NCBI GenBank assembly: GCA_017380635.1 | Contig: JAFODP010000008.1 | Coordinates: forward strand, 49,199-113,198 | Direction: 5' to 3' | Source of the DNA: Bacteroidales bacterium | GTDB lineage: Bacteria > Bacteroidota > Bacteroidia > Bacteroidales > UBA1402 | DNA length: 64,000 nt | Part shown: positions 9,787 to 20,486 of the stretch, one piece after another | Position numbering within the stretch: position 1 is the stretch's first letter | Layout: every line of letters starts with the position of its first letter | Notes under the pieces: model-generated | The model's input: only the letters and a program-made list of their open reading frames with translations | Told to the model about the DNA's origin: nothing | The model's database searches: none | Program-made: the position numbers and the translations under genes

Positions 9787-10476
9787 ATGAAATCTTTCGT
9801 TGTGTTTTTCGTCATTCTGTTATCCGGAGCTTACGGCGCGCTGCAAGCTCAGGGTTATCGTGCAGAATTGGGAGCCATGGGCGGACTTTCCTCCTATATG
9901 GGCGATGCCAACGCGAAGTTCATGCACAATAGCGAGCCGGCTTTATCTTTAGTGGGTCGTTATCATCTGAACCAACGTTTTTCACTCAAAGCCGATTTAG
10001 GCTACGCGGCCATTTCGGGCAACACCATCGGTCGCAGCGAACTTTATCCTAATGGCAAGGAAATCAGCTTCCACAACAATCTTTTGGACGCCACTTGCCA
10101 AATGGAATTCAATTTTTACGAATACGGCGCTCCCGACTACAAACCCGGTTCGAGCAGAATATCGCCCTACGTGACAGCCGGCATCGGCATGCTGCTTTTC
10201 GAAAAAGGCGAACAATGGAAAACAACGGCCTGCATGCCCATCGGCATCGGCATCAAATACAAAACGCCCTTCCGCGTGAACATCGGATTGGAACTGTCTT
10301 ACCGCATGAGTTTCAGCGACCAGCTCGACAACGAAGCATCTTCGGCAGATTTCCAGTTGGATACTCCTTGGATGGGACAAAGCGCGTGGAACAAGAACAA
10401 CGACCACTTCGCCGAATTGAAATGTTTTATCACTTACGACCTATGGTACATAGGTTCAAATTGTTATAAAGAATGA
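9787..10476 (+). CDS. Small outer-membrane beta-barrel protein (DUF6089-like)
   Basis: Signal peptide ...GALQA/QG and an alternating beta-strand pattern. It sits directly upstream of uppS-bamA and overlaps the uppS start by 4 nt. Confidence 0.55.
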   Translation: MKSFVVFFVILLSGAYGALQAQGYRAELGAMGGLSSYMGDANAKFMHNSEPALSLVGRYHLNQRFSLKADLGYAAISGNTIGRSELYPNGKEISFHNNLLDATCQMEFNFYEYGAPDYKPGSSRISPYVTAGIGMLLFEKGEQWKTTACMPIGIGIKYKTPFRVNIGLELSYRMSFSDQLDNEASSADFQLDTPWMGQSAWNKNNDHFAELKCFITYDLWYIGSNCYKE

Positions 10477-11228
10477 AAACCTTTAAGGATCAGATAGACC
10501 AAGCGCGTTTGCCGCGTCACATCGCCATCGTGATGGACGGTAACGGACGTTGGGCCAAGGCTCAGGGTAAGGAACGTGTTTTCGGACACATCGAAGGTGT
10601 TGCCAGTGTCAGAACCATCGTGGAAGCAGCCCGCAGCATCGGGGTTTCTTATTTGACGCTCTATACTTTTTCTACCGAGAACTTCAATCGTCCGCAAGCC
10701 GAAGTGAGCGCTTTGATGGATTTATTCATCGACGCCATCAACCGCGAAACCGACGACCTCATCAAGAACGACGTGAAAGGACTGATTATCGGCGATTTGG
10801 ATAGATTATCGCCCTCGGTAAGAGCCAAAGCCGACGAATTCATGCAACGCACAGCTCATTGTCAATCGCTTACTTTGGTGTTGGCCATCAGCTATTCTTC
10901 TCGTTGGGAAATCTGTCAGGCAGCCAAGCTTATCGCTCGCGATGTGAAAGCCGGCAAGATAGACGAAAACGCCATCGACGAAAAGTTGTTCAGTTCTTAT
11001 CTGACCACCGCCCAAATTCCCGATCCCGATTTGATGATCAGAACCGGCGGCGAATACCGTATCAGCAACTATCTGCTCTGGCAAGCTGCTTATTCGGAAT
11101 TGTATTTCTGCCAGACACCATGGCCCGCTTTCAAGGAAGAGGCCTTTTACGAAGCTATCGTCGATTTCCAATCGAGAGAAAGACGTTTCGGTAAAACCAG
11201 TGAACAAATTCAACATGATGCACAATAA
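10473..11228 (+). CDS. uppS: Isoprenyl transferase (undecaprenyl diphosphate synthase)
   Basis: LPRHIAIVMDGNGRWA, TLYTFSTENFNRP and IRTGGEYRISNYLLWQAAYSELYF are cis-prenyltransferase signatures. Confidence 0.93.
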   Translation: MKTFKDQIDQARLPRHIAIVMDGNGRWAKAQGKERVFGHIEGVASVRTIVEAARSIGVSYLTLYTFSTENFNRPQAEVSALMDLFIDAINRETDDLIKNDVKGLIIGDLDRLSPSVRAKADEFMQRTAHCQSLTLVLAISYSSRWEICQAAKLIARDVKAGKIDENAIDEKLFSSYLTTAQIPDPDLMIRTGGEYRISNYLLWQAAYSELYFCQTPWPAFKEEAFYEAIVDFQSRERRFGKTSEQIQHDAQ

Positions 11229-13830
11229 GATAATACCATTCTGCCTGAAGACCTTATGTCTATGGATGCTGTCGGCCTGCACACTTGTTGCATGGGCGCA
11301 AGACAGCCCTCAAATCTACTATTCATCGCCCAGAGAATACAAGATTGCCGATATCGCCGTAGAAGGCATCGACAACTACGAAGACTATGTATTGATTGGT
11401 ATTTCCGGCTTGTCGGTGGGACAAACCATTGCGGTGCCCGGTACGGACATCACCGATGCCATCAAACGTTTCTGGCGTCATGGATTGTTTTCCGATGTGC
11501 AGATTTTGGCCGACAAAACCGAAGGCAATAATATCTGGTTGCGCATCAAGCTTAGTCCTCGTCCCAGAATTTCGGCTGTCAACTACAACGGCATGAAGAA
11601 ATCGGAACGCGAAGATTTGGAAACTCGTCTCAACATGGTGGTAGGCAATCAGATTACGCCCAACATCATCCAACGCGCCGAAACGCTCATCAAGAAATAC
11701 TACGACGACAAAGGCTTCAAGAACGCCGAAGTTTCTGTTATTCAACGCGATGACATCACCAAAGACAATCAGGTGATAGTAGACATCAACGTGGACAAGC
11801 ACGACAAAATCAAGGTGAACGACCTGATTATCGAAGGCAACCATGCTTTCACCGACAGCCGCATCGACTGGGTAATGAAGAAAACCAACCGTCGTGGCAA
11901 GGTGCTCAACTTCTTCCGTTCGAAGAAATACATCGACAAAGATTTCACCAACGACAAGTACACGCTTATCGACAAATATAACGAATTCGGTTATCGCGAC
12001 GCTATCATTTTGGAAGACTCTGTTTACGCCTACGACGACAAGAGCGTCAACGTGTACATGAAAATAGACGAAGGTCGCCAATATTTTATCCGCGACATTT
12101 CTTGGGTGGGCAACACGCTCTACTCCAGCGATTTCCTGGACGAAGTACTGCAAATTAAAAAAGGCGATGTCTACAACCAAAAGCGCATCAACAAGCGACT
12201 GAAAGAAGACGAATACGATGCCATCCAGACGCTTTACATGGACAATGGTTATCTATTCTACCAAATCAATCCGGTGGAAGTGCGCGTAGATGGCGACTCT
12301 ATCGATTTGGAAATGCGTATGTTCGAAGGCGATCCTGCCACCATTTCTCGCATCGAAATCAGCGGTAACGATCGTTTGTACGAACATGTCATCCGCCGAG
12401 AATTATACATCAAACCCGGACAGTTGTTCAATATGTCGGCGCTGCGTCGTTCGGCTCGTGAAATTGCCCAGACAGGACACTTCAACCCTGAAACCATGGG
12501 TATCAACCCGATTCCCAATTACGAAGACGGAACGGTGGATATCGATTTGAGCTTGGAAACCAAGGCCAACGACCAGGTGGAATTTTCTTTGGGTTATGGT
12601 ACAACGGGTATCATCGGTTCGGTGAGCTTGAAATTTACCAACTTCTCTTTGCGCAATCTGCTCAACTTGGGCACTTACAAGATTTTGCCACAGGGCGATG
12701 GCCAAACCTTAAGCCTGACGGGCCGCACCAATGGACGTTATTATCAATCATATAGCTTCTCGTTCACCGAACCTTGGTTGGGCGGCAAGCGACCCAATGC
12801 TTTCTCGTTGGGTGCTTTCTTCTCTTACCAAACCGGTGTGAGCGACCGTTACTACAAGAATTATTACCAGAACATGGCCAACTACTACAACAATTATTAT
12901 GGTGGTTATGGATATGGCTATGGCGGCGGTTACGGATATGGCTATGGTTACGACGACGGAAGCTATTACGAAATGGAATCAGACCCCAACAAATCCATCA
13001 AGCTTTGGGGCGTTTCGGCCGGTATCGCCCAGCGACTCACTTGGCCCGACGACTATTTCCAATTGTATACCGAATTGGCCTTCCAACAGTACAACATGCA
13101 CGACTGGGCCTATTTCGTTATCAACAATGGTTTGAGCAACGACTTCCACTTGGGTATCACGCTGAGTCGTAATTCTATTGATAATCCCTTGTTTACGCGT
13201 AGCGGTTCTACCTTCACGCTGTCGGCAAGTTTGGCTCCGCCCTACTCTTTGTTCGACGGATTGGACGACAAGGATTATGCCAAGATGACCAACGAAGAAT
13301 TGATGCTTTGGCAAGAAAATTACAAGATTACTTTCAAATCCAAAACTTTTACCCCAATTTCGCCCGACAAGAAATTGGTCTTGGCAACCCGCTTCGACTT
13401 GGGATTGTTGGGTTCGTATAACAAACGCAAGCTGACGCCTTTCGGAGCTTATTACATGGGTGGTGACGGTATGACCGGTTATTCCAGCGCCTACGCTTAC
13501 GACGTGATTGCCTTGAGAGGTTATGGAAATGGTTCACTCGGTGTAGGTTATCTCTATGAACGTATCGGCATGGAATTGCGTTATCCGTTGCTCTTGGAAG
13601 GAAGCACCACCATTTGGGCCTCAGCCTTCTTGGAAGCCGGTAATCTTTGGAGCGACGTGAAGAAGTTCTCGCCCTTCGAGTTGAAGCGTTCTGCCGGTGC
13701 CGGTATCCGTATCTTCTTGCCAATGATTGGTTTGATGGGTATCGACTGGGCTTATGGTTTCGATTCGGTAGATGGTACGGGCAAGGCCAATGGTGGAGAA
13801 TTCCACTTTGTTTTGGGACAAGAATTCTGA
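11215..13830 (+). CDS. bamA: Outer membrane protein assembly factor BamA
   Basis: Signal peptide ...LVAWA/QD, POTRA-type N-terminal repeats, an Omp85 barrel and a C-terminal ...FHFVLGQEF. The track start at 11200 is GTG, so the first ATG at 11215 is used. It follows uppS and precedes two skp genes. Confidence 0.9.
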   Translation: MMHNKIIPFCLKTLCLWMLSACTLVAWAQDSPQIYYSSPREYKIADIAVEGIDNYEDYVLIGISGLSVGQTIAVPGTDITDAIKRFWRHGLFSDVQILADKTEGNNIWLRIKLSPRPRISAVNYNGMKKSEREDLETRLNMVVGNQITPNIIQRAETLIKKYYDDKGFKNAEVSVIQRDDITKDNQVIVDINVDKHDKIKVNDLIIEGNHAFTDSRIDWVMKKTNRRGKVLNFFRSKKYIDKDFTNDKYTLIDKYNEFGYRDAIILEDSVYAYDDKSVNVYMKIDEGRQYFIRDISWVGNTLYSSDFLDEVLQIKKGDVYNQKRINKRLKEDEYDAIQTLYMDNGYLFYQINPVEVRVDGDSIDLEMRMFEGDPATISRIEISGNDRLYEHVIRRELYIKPGQLFNMSALRRSAREIAQTGHFNPETMGINPIPNYEDGTVDIDLSLETKANDQVEFSLGYGTTGIIGSVSLKFTNFSLRNLLNLGTYKILPQGDGQTLSLTGRTNGRYYQSYSFSFTEPWLGGKRPNAFSLGAFFSYQTGVSDRYYKNYYQNMANYYNNYYGGYGYGYGGGYGYGYGYDDGSYYEMESDPNKSIKLWGVSAGIAQRLTWPDDYFQLYTELAFQQYNMHDWAYFVINNGLSNDFHLGITLSRNSIDNPLFTRSGSTFTLSASLAPPYSLFDGLDDKDYAKMTNEELMLWQENYKITFKSKTFTPISPDKKLVLATRFDLGLLGSYNKRKLTPFGAYYMGGDGMTGYSSAYAYDVIALRGYGNGSLGVGYLYERIGMELRYPLLLEGSTTIWASAFLEAGNLWSDVKKFSPFELKRSAGAGIRIFLPMIGLMGIDWAYGFDSVDGTGKANGGEFHFVLGQEF
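12850..12975 (+). repeat. Gly/Tyr/Asn low-complexity insertion inside the BamA barrel region
   Basis: Encodes YYKNYYQNMANYYNNYYGGYGYGYGGGYGYGYGYDDGSYYEM. The DNA is built from imperfect ggctat/ggttat/tactac units. Confidence 0.85.
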
Positions 13831-13858
13831 TAACTTTAACCTTTAAATATCAAACATT

Positions 13859-14368
13859 ATGAAAAAGTTAGTTGTAAGTGCCATGATTGCCTTGATGGCT
13901 ATGGGCAGCAGTTTTGCACAGAAGTATGCTTTGATCGATATGGAATACATCTTTTCTCGTATTCCTAGTTACGAAATGGCCAACGAGCAGTTGAACCAAA
14001 TCTCCAAGAAATGGCAAGCCGAAGTGGACGCTTTAGCCAAAGAAGCCAAAGAAATGTACGCCAAATATCAATCGGAAATGGTTTACCTGTCGGCAGAAAT
14101 GAAGAAAACCAAAGAGAATGAAATCTTGGCCAAGGAAAAGGAAGTTTCCGACCTCAATCGCAAGTATTTCGGTTCGGAAGGAGAACTTTACAAGAAAAGA
14201 GAAAGTCTGTTGGCGCCTATTCAAGACGAAGTATATAATGCGGTGAAGACTCTGGCCGAAGAAAAAGGTTATGTGCTGATTCTCGATCGTGCTTCGGGCG
14301 TAAATATCGTCTTTGCTTCGCCCACCATCGATGTAAGCGAAGATGTTCTTAAAAAAATGGGATATTAA
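13859..14368 (+). CDS. OmpH/Skp family periplasmic chaperone
   Basis: Signal peptide ...GSSFA/QK. A coiled-coil-rich 169-aa protein immediately downstream of bamA. Confidence 0.85.
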   Translation: MKKLVVSAMIALMAMGSSFAQKYALIDMEYIFSRIPSYEMANEQLNQISKKWQAEVDALAKEAKEMYAKYQSEMVYLSAEMKKTKENEILAKEKEVSDLNRKYFGSEGELYKKRESLLAPIQDEVYNAVKTLAEEKGYVLILDRASGVNIVFASPTIDVSEDVLKKMGY

Positions 14369-14387
14369 ATTTTAACTACATATTGAC

Positions 14388-14891
14388 ATGAAAAAATTTT
14401 TAGTAATGATGCTGTGCATCTTGCCCATGATGGCTTTTGCACAAGAGTTCGGTATTTTCAACAGAAATGAAATCTTCCAGGCTATGCCTGAAACCCAGGA
14501 AGCTATCAAGAAAATGGACCAATTGGCCAAAACGCTCGAAGACGAATTGTTGGTAATGCGTACCGAATACCAAAAGAAAGGTTCTGAATTTATCGCTCAA
14601 AAAGATAGTCTGCCCGAAAGCATCCGTGCTCGTCGTATGGCTGAAATTCAGGATTTGGAACAACGTATTCAGGAATTCTATCAAGACGTTCAAACCCAAT
14701 TGCAACAGAGAGAACAAGAATTGTTGGCTCCTATCAGCGACAAGTTGATGAAAGCTGTTGAAAGCGTGGGCGAAGAACAAGGCTTGGTATACATCTTCGA
14801 CATTTCTACTCCCAGCGCCTTGATGTATTACTCTAAGTCTAAATGCAAGGATGTCACCAATGCCATCCGTACTAAATTAGGTATCAGATAA
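14388..14891 (+). CDS. OmpH/Skp family periplasmic chaperone (second paralog)
   Basis: Signal peptide ...MMAFA/QE. 167 aa with the same architecture as the preceding gene. Confidence 0.85.
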   Translation: MKKFLVMMLCILPMMAFAQEFGIFNRNEIFQAMPETQEAIKKMDQLAKTLEDELLVMRTEYQKKGSEFIAQKDSLPESIRARRMAEIQDLEQRIQEFYQDVQTQLQQREQELLAPISDKLMKAVESVGEEQGLVYIFDISTPSALMYYSKSKCKDVTNAIRTKLGIR

Positions 14892-14900
14892 TTTTCCCTT

Positions 14901-15716
14901 ATGGGTCCGATAGGTGTTTTCGATTCCGGCTACGGTGGACTGACCATTTTGGAAGCATTCCAGAAAAGTCTGCCCCAATACGACTATCTCTATTTAGGAG
15001 ACAACGCCCGAACACCTTACGGAAGCCGCTCATTCAGAGTGGTATACGAATATACTTTGGAGGCAGTCCGCTACTTATTCAGTAGGGGCTGCCCCTTGGT
15101 TATTTTAGCCTGTAACACCGCCTCGGCCAAAGCCTTGCGCAGCATTCAACAACTCGATCTTCCCCAAATGGATCCGCAGCGCAGGGTGCTCGGCATTTTA
15201 CGCCCAACTGTGGAAGCCTTGGATAAAATTACTCGTAGCCGTCATGTGGGGCTTTTGGGCACGGAAGGCACAGTGCAATCGGGCTCTTATCCCATCGAAA
15301 TAAACAAGCTTTATCCTGATATCCAAGTGGTTTCGAAGGCTTGTCCCATGTGGGTACCACTGGTGGAATGCGGCGAACATCACTCCAAGGGTGCCGACTA
15401 TTTTGTGCAGAAGTACTTGGACGAACTTTTTGCCGTCGATCCGAAAATTGACAGTTTGATTTTGGGCTGCACGCATTATCCGCTGCTCATCGACAGCATT
15501 CGCAAATTTGTTCCCGAAAAAGTTCAGATTATTACACAAGGTGATTTAGTGGCCGAAAGTCTGAAAGATTACCTGCAACGACATCCCGAGATGGATGAAC
15601 GATGCAGCAAAAATGGTGTAACACAATATCTTACCACCGAAGCTTCCAAGAAATTCGAAGACATGGCTTGCGTGTTCAGCCATGGAAAAATCAGCGTTTC
15701 ACAAGTGAAACTGTAA
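14901..15716 (+). CDS. murI: Glutamate racemase
   Basis: IGVFDSGYGGLT, LVILACNTASA and LILGCTHYPLL contain the two catalytic Cys motifs. Confidence 0.92.
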   Translation: MGPIGVFDSGYGGLTILEAFQKSLPQYDYLYLGDNARTPYGSRSFRVVYEYTLEAVRYLFSRGCPLVILACNTASAKALRSIQQLDLPQMDPQRRVLGILRPTVEALDKITRSRHVGLLGTEGTVQSGSYPIEINKLYPDIQVVSKACPMWVPLVECGEHHSKGADYFVQKYLDELFAVDPKIDSLILGCTHYPLLIDSIRKFVPEKVQIITQGDLVAESLKDYLQRHPEMDERCSKNGVTQYLTTEASKKFEDMACVFSHGKISVSQVKL

Positions 15717-15730
15717 GAACACGCAACAGA

Positions 15731-16525
15731 CTAAAATCCTCTTTGACGCATGGCTTCAAAAGCCAAAACCGCCGTCGAAACAGACACATTCAAAGAATCT
15801 ATCAAACCGCGCATGGGAATCTTGATGCGCGCATCGGCATGATCGAGCCAAAACTGACTGAGGCCGTCGGCTTCGGTACCCATAACGATGGCCGATGGCG
15901 TGGTATAATCGTTCAGATGATACCAGTTGGAAGCCTGTAATTCAGCCGCATAAGTTTTAATATTTCTCGCCTTCATCCAAACAAGCGCTTCTTGCGAAGT
16001 AGCCACTGCCACGGGCACAGAAAACAAACAACCTATACTGGAACGCACCACATTGGGATTGTACAAATCGGTGTGCGGATCGCAAACAATCACAGCATCG
16101 GCTTCGGCGGCATCGGCCGTACGCAAAATGGCACCCAGATTGCCAGGTTTTTCCACTGCTTCAAGTACAATAAGGAAAGGATTATCAGAGAGTTGCAAAG
16201 CATCCAGTTCGTGCGATTTGGGTCGCAGCAAAGCCAAGATACCATCGGAGGCCTCACGATAAGCGATTTTCTGAAAAACTTCGGGCGTCAAAGCGGTCTG
16301 CAAACTCGGTTTAATCCGCTCGAGCAAATTGGGATAATCGCTCTTGGCAAAGAATTCGGGACAGACATAAACGGCCTGCGGCTGATAGCCGTTTGACATG
16401 GCGATAGACAACTCGCGAGCGCCTTCCACCACTACCAATTGCTGCTGACGACGTTCTTTAGCCTTGGTTTGCAACTTAACCAGATTCTTGATTTTCGGAT
16501 TCTGTAAACTACTGATAATTTCCAT
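15731..16525 (-). CDS. TrmH/SpoU family RNA 2'-O-methyltransferase
   Basis: SpoU blocks LEAVEKPGNLGAILRTADA, IVMGTEADGLS and SLNVSVSTAVLAFE. Confidence 0.85.
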   Translation of the reverse strand: MEIISSLQNPKIKNLVKLQTKAKERRQQQLVVVEGARELSIAMSNGYQPQAVYVCPEFFAKSDYPNLLERIKPSLQTALTPEVFQKIAYREASDGILALLRPKSHELDALQLSDNPFLIVLEAVEKPGNLGAILRTADAAEADAVIVCDPHTDLYNPNVVRSSIGCLFSVPVAVATSQEALVWMKARNIKTYAAELQASNWYHLNDYTTPSAIVMGTEADGLSQFWLDHADARIKIPMRGLIDSLNVSVSTAVLAFEAMRQRGF

Positions 16526-16629
16526 TGGAGGGAGTCTTAGTGCATTTCCTTAATCGGAGCACAAAAGTACAGATTAAATTTATTATCTTTGCAAGTTTTT
16601 AGTTTGATTATAAAACAAATACCATCATA

Positions 16630-19600
16630 ATGAAACAATTTAAACTGTACAACAACATTTTTGGATGGGTAGCCTTTGCTATTGCAGCCATTACCTATCT
16701 AATGACCATCGAACCGACAGCCAGTTTCTGGGACTGCGGTGAGTTTATTGCAGCCGCCTTCAAACTCGATGTCGGACACCCGCCAGGCGCACCTTTCTTC
16801 ATGCTCACCGGACGCATGTTTGCACATTTTGCCTCGAGCCCCGAAATGGTAGCCATGTGCATCAACGCCATGTCGGCCATTTTCAGCGCCTTGACTATTC
16901 TTTTCCTATTCTGGACCATCACTCATTTGGCCCGCAAGATTGTTTTCAAGAACGAAGACCAACCCAGCTTGGCTGAAATTATCACCGTGTTGGGCGCAGG
17001 TATGGTAGGCGCTTTGGCTTACACCTTCAGCGATACTTTCTGGTTTTCGGCTGTGGAAGGCGAAGTTTACGCTTATTCGTCCTTATTTACCGCCGTGGTT
17101 TTCTGGGCCATCCTTAAATGGGAAGATTGCGCCGACGAGCCTTTGGCCGAACGTTGGATCATCTTCATCGCTTATCTGATGGGACTTTCTATCGGCGTAC
17201 ACTTGCTCAACTTGCTGTGTATTCCCGCTTTGGTATTGGTTTTCTACTACAAGAAATACGAAGAACCCAACTTGAAAGGCACTTTGCTGGCGCTGCTGAT
17301 TTCGTTCGTGCTGGTAGCCGTGGTGCTTTACGGCATCGTTCCCGGATTCGTGAACATGGCCGGTTGGTTCGATTTGTTGTTTGTAAATGTGTTGGGTTGC
17401 AGCTTCAACACGGGCGCTGTTGTTTACATTCTGTTGATGATAGCCGCCATCGTTTGGGGATTGTGGGAAAGCTACAAAGGCAAAAGTGAACTGCGCTCAC
17501 GTATCGCCTTCTGCGTAAATATGATTTTCGTGGGCATTCCTTTTGTCGGCTACAAGGCTTGGTTGTGGATCGTGCTGATTGCCGCCATCGTTGTGTTCGC
17601 TTTCAAATGGAAAAAACTCAGCGGCAGCCTCATCAACACCATTTTGCTTTCGTTGATGGTGATGCTGATTGGTTATTTCTCTTACGGACTTACCGTTATC
17701 CGCTCTTCGGCACAGCCGCCTATGGACCAAAACTCGCCCGACAACATGTTCTCGTTGGAACGCTATCTGAACCGCGAACAATATGGCGAAACGCCGCTGC
17801 TCTACGGCCAGACTTTTGTTTCTGAAGTAAAATGGAAACGCAGCGGCAACAACTGCATCCCCGTTTACGAAAAACGCGGAGCTGTTTGGAACAAGAAAGC
17901 CAAAAACTCGCCCGACGAGAAAGATCGTTACGAAATTACCGGCTACAACGAACGCCCGGTGATGGCCGACGAACTGAACATGTTCTTCCCGCGTATGCAC
18001 AGCGGTCGCGAAGATCACATTGCCGCTTATAAGGCATGGAGCAATTTCCAAGGCAAAAAAGTTACTTACGACAAATGCGGACAGAAAGAAACGGTGATGA
18101 AACCCACCATGGTGGAAAACCTTCGCTTCTTCTTCTCGTATCAGGTGAATTATATGTACTGGCGTTATTTCATGTGGAACTTCGCCGGACGTCAGAACGA
18201 TATTCAAGGCACCATGGGCGAATTGCACGCCGGCAACTGGATTACCGGTATCAAATTCATCGACAGAATGTTGGTGGGAGACATGGACGAAATGCCCGAC
18301 GAATTGAAACAAAACAAAGGCTACAACCGCTATTACATGCTTCCCTTGATACTTGGCTTGCTGGGTATTTTGGCACAAGCTTACGGCGGCAAGAAAGGCG
18401 TTCAAGGATTCTGGATTACCTTCTTCTTGTTCTTCATGACAGGTTTGGCCATTGTGCTTTATCTGAACCAAACGCCCAATCAGCCCCGTGAACGCGATTA
18501 TGCTTATGCCGGTTCGTTCTATGCATTCTGTATTTGGATAGGATTGGCCATTCCCGCCTTGGTACGTTTAGTGGAAAAAATCATGCCCAAGACCGTAGCC
18601 GCCATTTTGGTTAGCGTTCTTTGCTTGGGCGTTCCTACGCTGATGGCTTGCGAAAACTGGGACGACCACGACCGCAGCGGACGCTACACTTGCCGCGACT
18701 TTGCTTACAACTATTTGGTTGGTTGCGAAGAAGATGCCATCATCTTTACCAATGGTGACAACGATACTTTCCCGCTTTGGTACATTCAAGAAGTGGAAGG
18801 TGTTCGCACCGACGTTCGCGTCTGCAATATGTCTTACCTGCAAACAGACTGGTACTACAGCCAGATGTTGCGTCCTTACTACGAATCGGAAGCCTTCCCG
18901 GTGGATTGGACCGAGCCCATGTACAAGAACGGCAAACGCGATGTGGCACGCATCATTCCGCGTCGTCAGGATTCCATTTCCTTGCAGCAGGCCATGTCGT
19001 GGTTGGAAAGCGACAAGGAATTCACCAAGCGCATCCAAGGCTATCAGGAAGATATCGACTACATCCCGGCCAATCGTCTGTATCTCAACATCGACAAACA
19101 ACAAGTACTGGACAACAAGTACGTGGACGAAAAATACGCCAACAGAATCGTTGAAAAGATGGACTTCAACTTCAACGGAAAATCTTACTTGGGCAAACAC
19201 GAACTGATGCTGCTCAAGCTCATCGAAGAAGGCGAATGGAAGCGTCCGCTCTACTTTGCTGTAACGGTCGATCCCGCGCTGATGCGAAGCTATCAACGTT
19301 ATTTCATTCACGAAGGTCTGGTATACAAAATCGCACCCGTAAATCGTTGCGTAGATACCGACAAGATGTACGACAATCTTTGCAACAACTTCCGTTGGGG
19401 TAACATCCAGGATTCTACCGTTTATTTGGACGAAAACAACCTGAGAATGTGTCGCACGCAGCGTCAGATGTTCGGTACTTTGATTAAGGCACTCTGTCAG
19501 GAAGGCAAGTTTGAAAAGGCCGAAGCCGCCATTGCCCGTTGCGAAGAAATCTTCCCCAAAGACTTGTTCCCCGTGAACTTCGTCGATGCCGGATTGTCCG

Positions 19601-19875
19601 GTTATCAGGAAATCATCGAAGCCTATTATATGATGGGTAAAACGCAGGAAGCCAGAGCTTTGATTGCCGAAGCCTTCAGCACCAGCGAAGATTGTCTCAA
19701 CTGGGTATTCAGTCAAAGAGAAGGCTTGTGGGCATCAGGTTTGCGTCTGGCCAACAATCAGTTGTATGTGATGCAAGATTTGTTGAGCAACATGGGCAGC
19801 AAAGATCCTGAACTCATCAAGATTTACGGCGACATGTTCCAGCAATACGCACGTCTGTATCAATCTATCAGATAA
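16630..19875 (+). CDS. DUF2723 / GT117-type polytopic membrane protein (GT-C-like glycosyltransferase, TMEM260 relative)
   Basis: 1081 aa. The N-terminus YLMTIEPTASFWDCGEFIAAAFKLDVGHPPGAPFFML is characteristic of DUF2723. Many TM segments are followed by a large soluble C-terminal half. A TATCTTTG box lies at 16584-16591. Confidence 0.8.
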   Translation: MKQFKLYNNIFGWVAFAIAAITYLMTIEPTASFWDCGEFIAAAFKLDVGHPPGAPFFMLTGRMFAHFASSPEMVAMCINAMSAIFSALTILFLFWTITHLARKIVFKNEDQPSLAEIITVLGAGMVGALAYTFSDTFWFSAVEGEVYAYSSLFTAVVFWAILKWEDCADEPLAERWIIFIAYLMGLSIGVHLLNLLCIPALVLVFYYKKYEEPNLKGTLLALLISFVLVAVVLYGIVPGFVNMAGWFDLLFVNVLGCSFNTGAVVYILLMIAAIVWGLWESYKGKSELRSRIAFCVNMIFVGIPFVGYKAWLWIVLIAAIVVFAFKWKKLSGSLINTILLSLMVMLIGYFSYGLTVIRSSAQPPMDQNSPDNMFSLERYLNREQYGETPLLYGQTFVSEVKWKRSGNNCIPVYEKRGAVWNKKAKNSPDEKDRYEITGYNERPVMADELNMFFPRMHSGREDHIAAYKAWSNFQGKKVTYDKCGQKETVMKPTMVENLRFFFSYQVNYMYWRYFMWNFAGRQNDIQGTMGELHAGNWITGIKFIDRMLVGDMDEMPDELKQNKGYNRYYMLPLILGLLGILAQAYGGKKGVQGFWITFFLFFMTGLAIVLYLNQTPNQPRERDYAYAGSFYAFCIWIGLAIPALVRLVEKIMPKTVAAILVSVLCLGVPTLMACENWDDHDRSGRYTCRDFAYNYLVGCEEDAIIFTNGDNDTFPLWYIQEVEGVRTDVRVCNMSYLQTDWYYSQMLRPYYESEAFPVDWTEPMYKNGKRDVARIIPRRQDSISLQQAMSWLESDKEFTKRIQGYQEDIDYIPANRLYLNIDKQQVLDNKYVDEKYANRIVEKMDFNFNGKSYLGKHELMLLKLIEEGEWKRPLYFAVTVDPALMRSYQRYFIHEGLVYKIAPVNRCVDTDKMYDNLCNNFRWGNIQDSTVYLDENNLRMCRTQRQMFGTLIKALCQEGKFEKAEAAIARCEEIFPKDLFPVNFVDAGLSGYQEIIEAYYMMGKTQEARALIAEAFSTSEDCLNWVFSQREGLWASGLRLANNQLYVMQDLLSNMGSKDPELIKIYGDMFQQYARLYQSIR

Positions 19876-19877
19876 TT

Positions 19878-20483
19878 ATGTTTATCGAACAAATTCCTGT
19901 GTGGTTGCGCTTTATCAAAGGCATCAAATGGCGTTTTTCGCACAAGAAGAAAACGATATATCTCACTTTCGACGACGGCCCGATACCCGAGATTACGCCT
20001 TGGGTATTGGACCTCCTCGACAAGTACCACATCAAGGCAACATTCTTTTGCGTGGGCGAGAATGTGAGCAAACATCCGCAGTTGTATCAGGAAATTTTGC
20101 GCCGCGGACATCAGACAGGCAATCATACTTACAAGCATATCAAGGCTTTATGTACGCCCAACGAGGAATATTTTGCCAATGTAGAAAAAGCCGCCTCGCT
20201 CATTCACAGCAAGTTGTTTCGTCCGCCGCATGGCTTGATGCGATATTCACAGATAAAAGAATTGCGCAAGCATTATCGTATCATCTTGTGGGATGTAGTG
20301 CCGCGCGATTACAATCGCAAGTTGTCGCCCGAAAAAGTATTGCAAAAAGCTTGTCGCTATACGCGCAACGGCAGCATCATCGTTTTTCACGATTCGATCA
20401 AGGCCGAGAAGAACATGACTTATGCCTTGCCGAAATACATTGAATACTGTTTATCAAAAGGTTATCAATTCGAATTGTTGTAA
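19878..20483 (+). CDS. Polysaccharide deacetylase (CE4/NodB-homology) family protein
   Basis: IYLTFDDGP, the metal motif GNHTYKH and FRPPHG. Starts 2 nt after the previous stop. Confidence 0.85.
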   Translation: MFIEQIPVWLRFIKGIKWRFSHKKKTIYLTFDDGPIPEITPWVLDLLDKYHIKATFFCVGENVSKHPQLYQEILRRGHQTGNHTYKHIKALCTPNEEYFANVEKAASLIHSKLFRPPHGLMRYSQIKELRKHYRIILWDVVPRDYNRKLSPEKVLQKACRYTRNGSIIVFHDSIKAEKNMTYALPKYIEYCLSKGYQFELL

Positions 20484-20486
20484 ATT

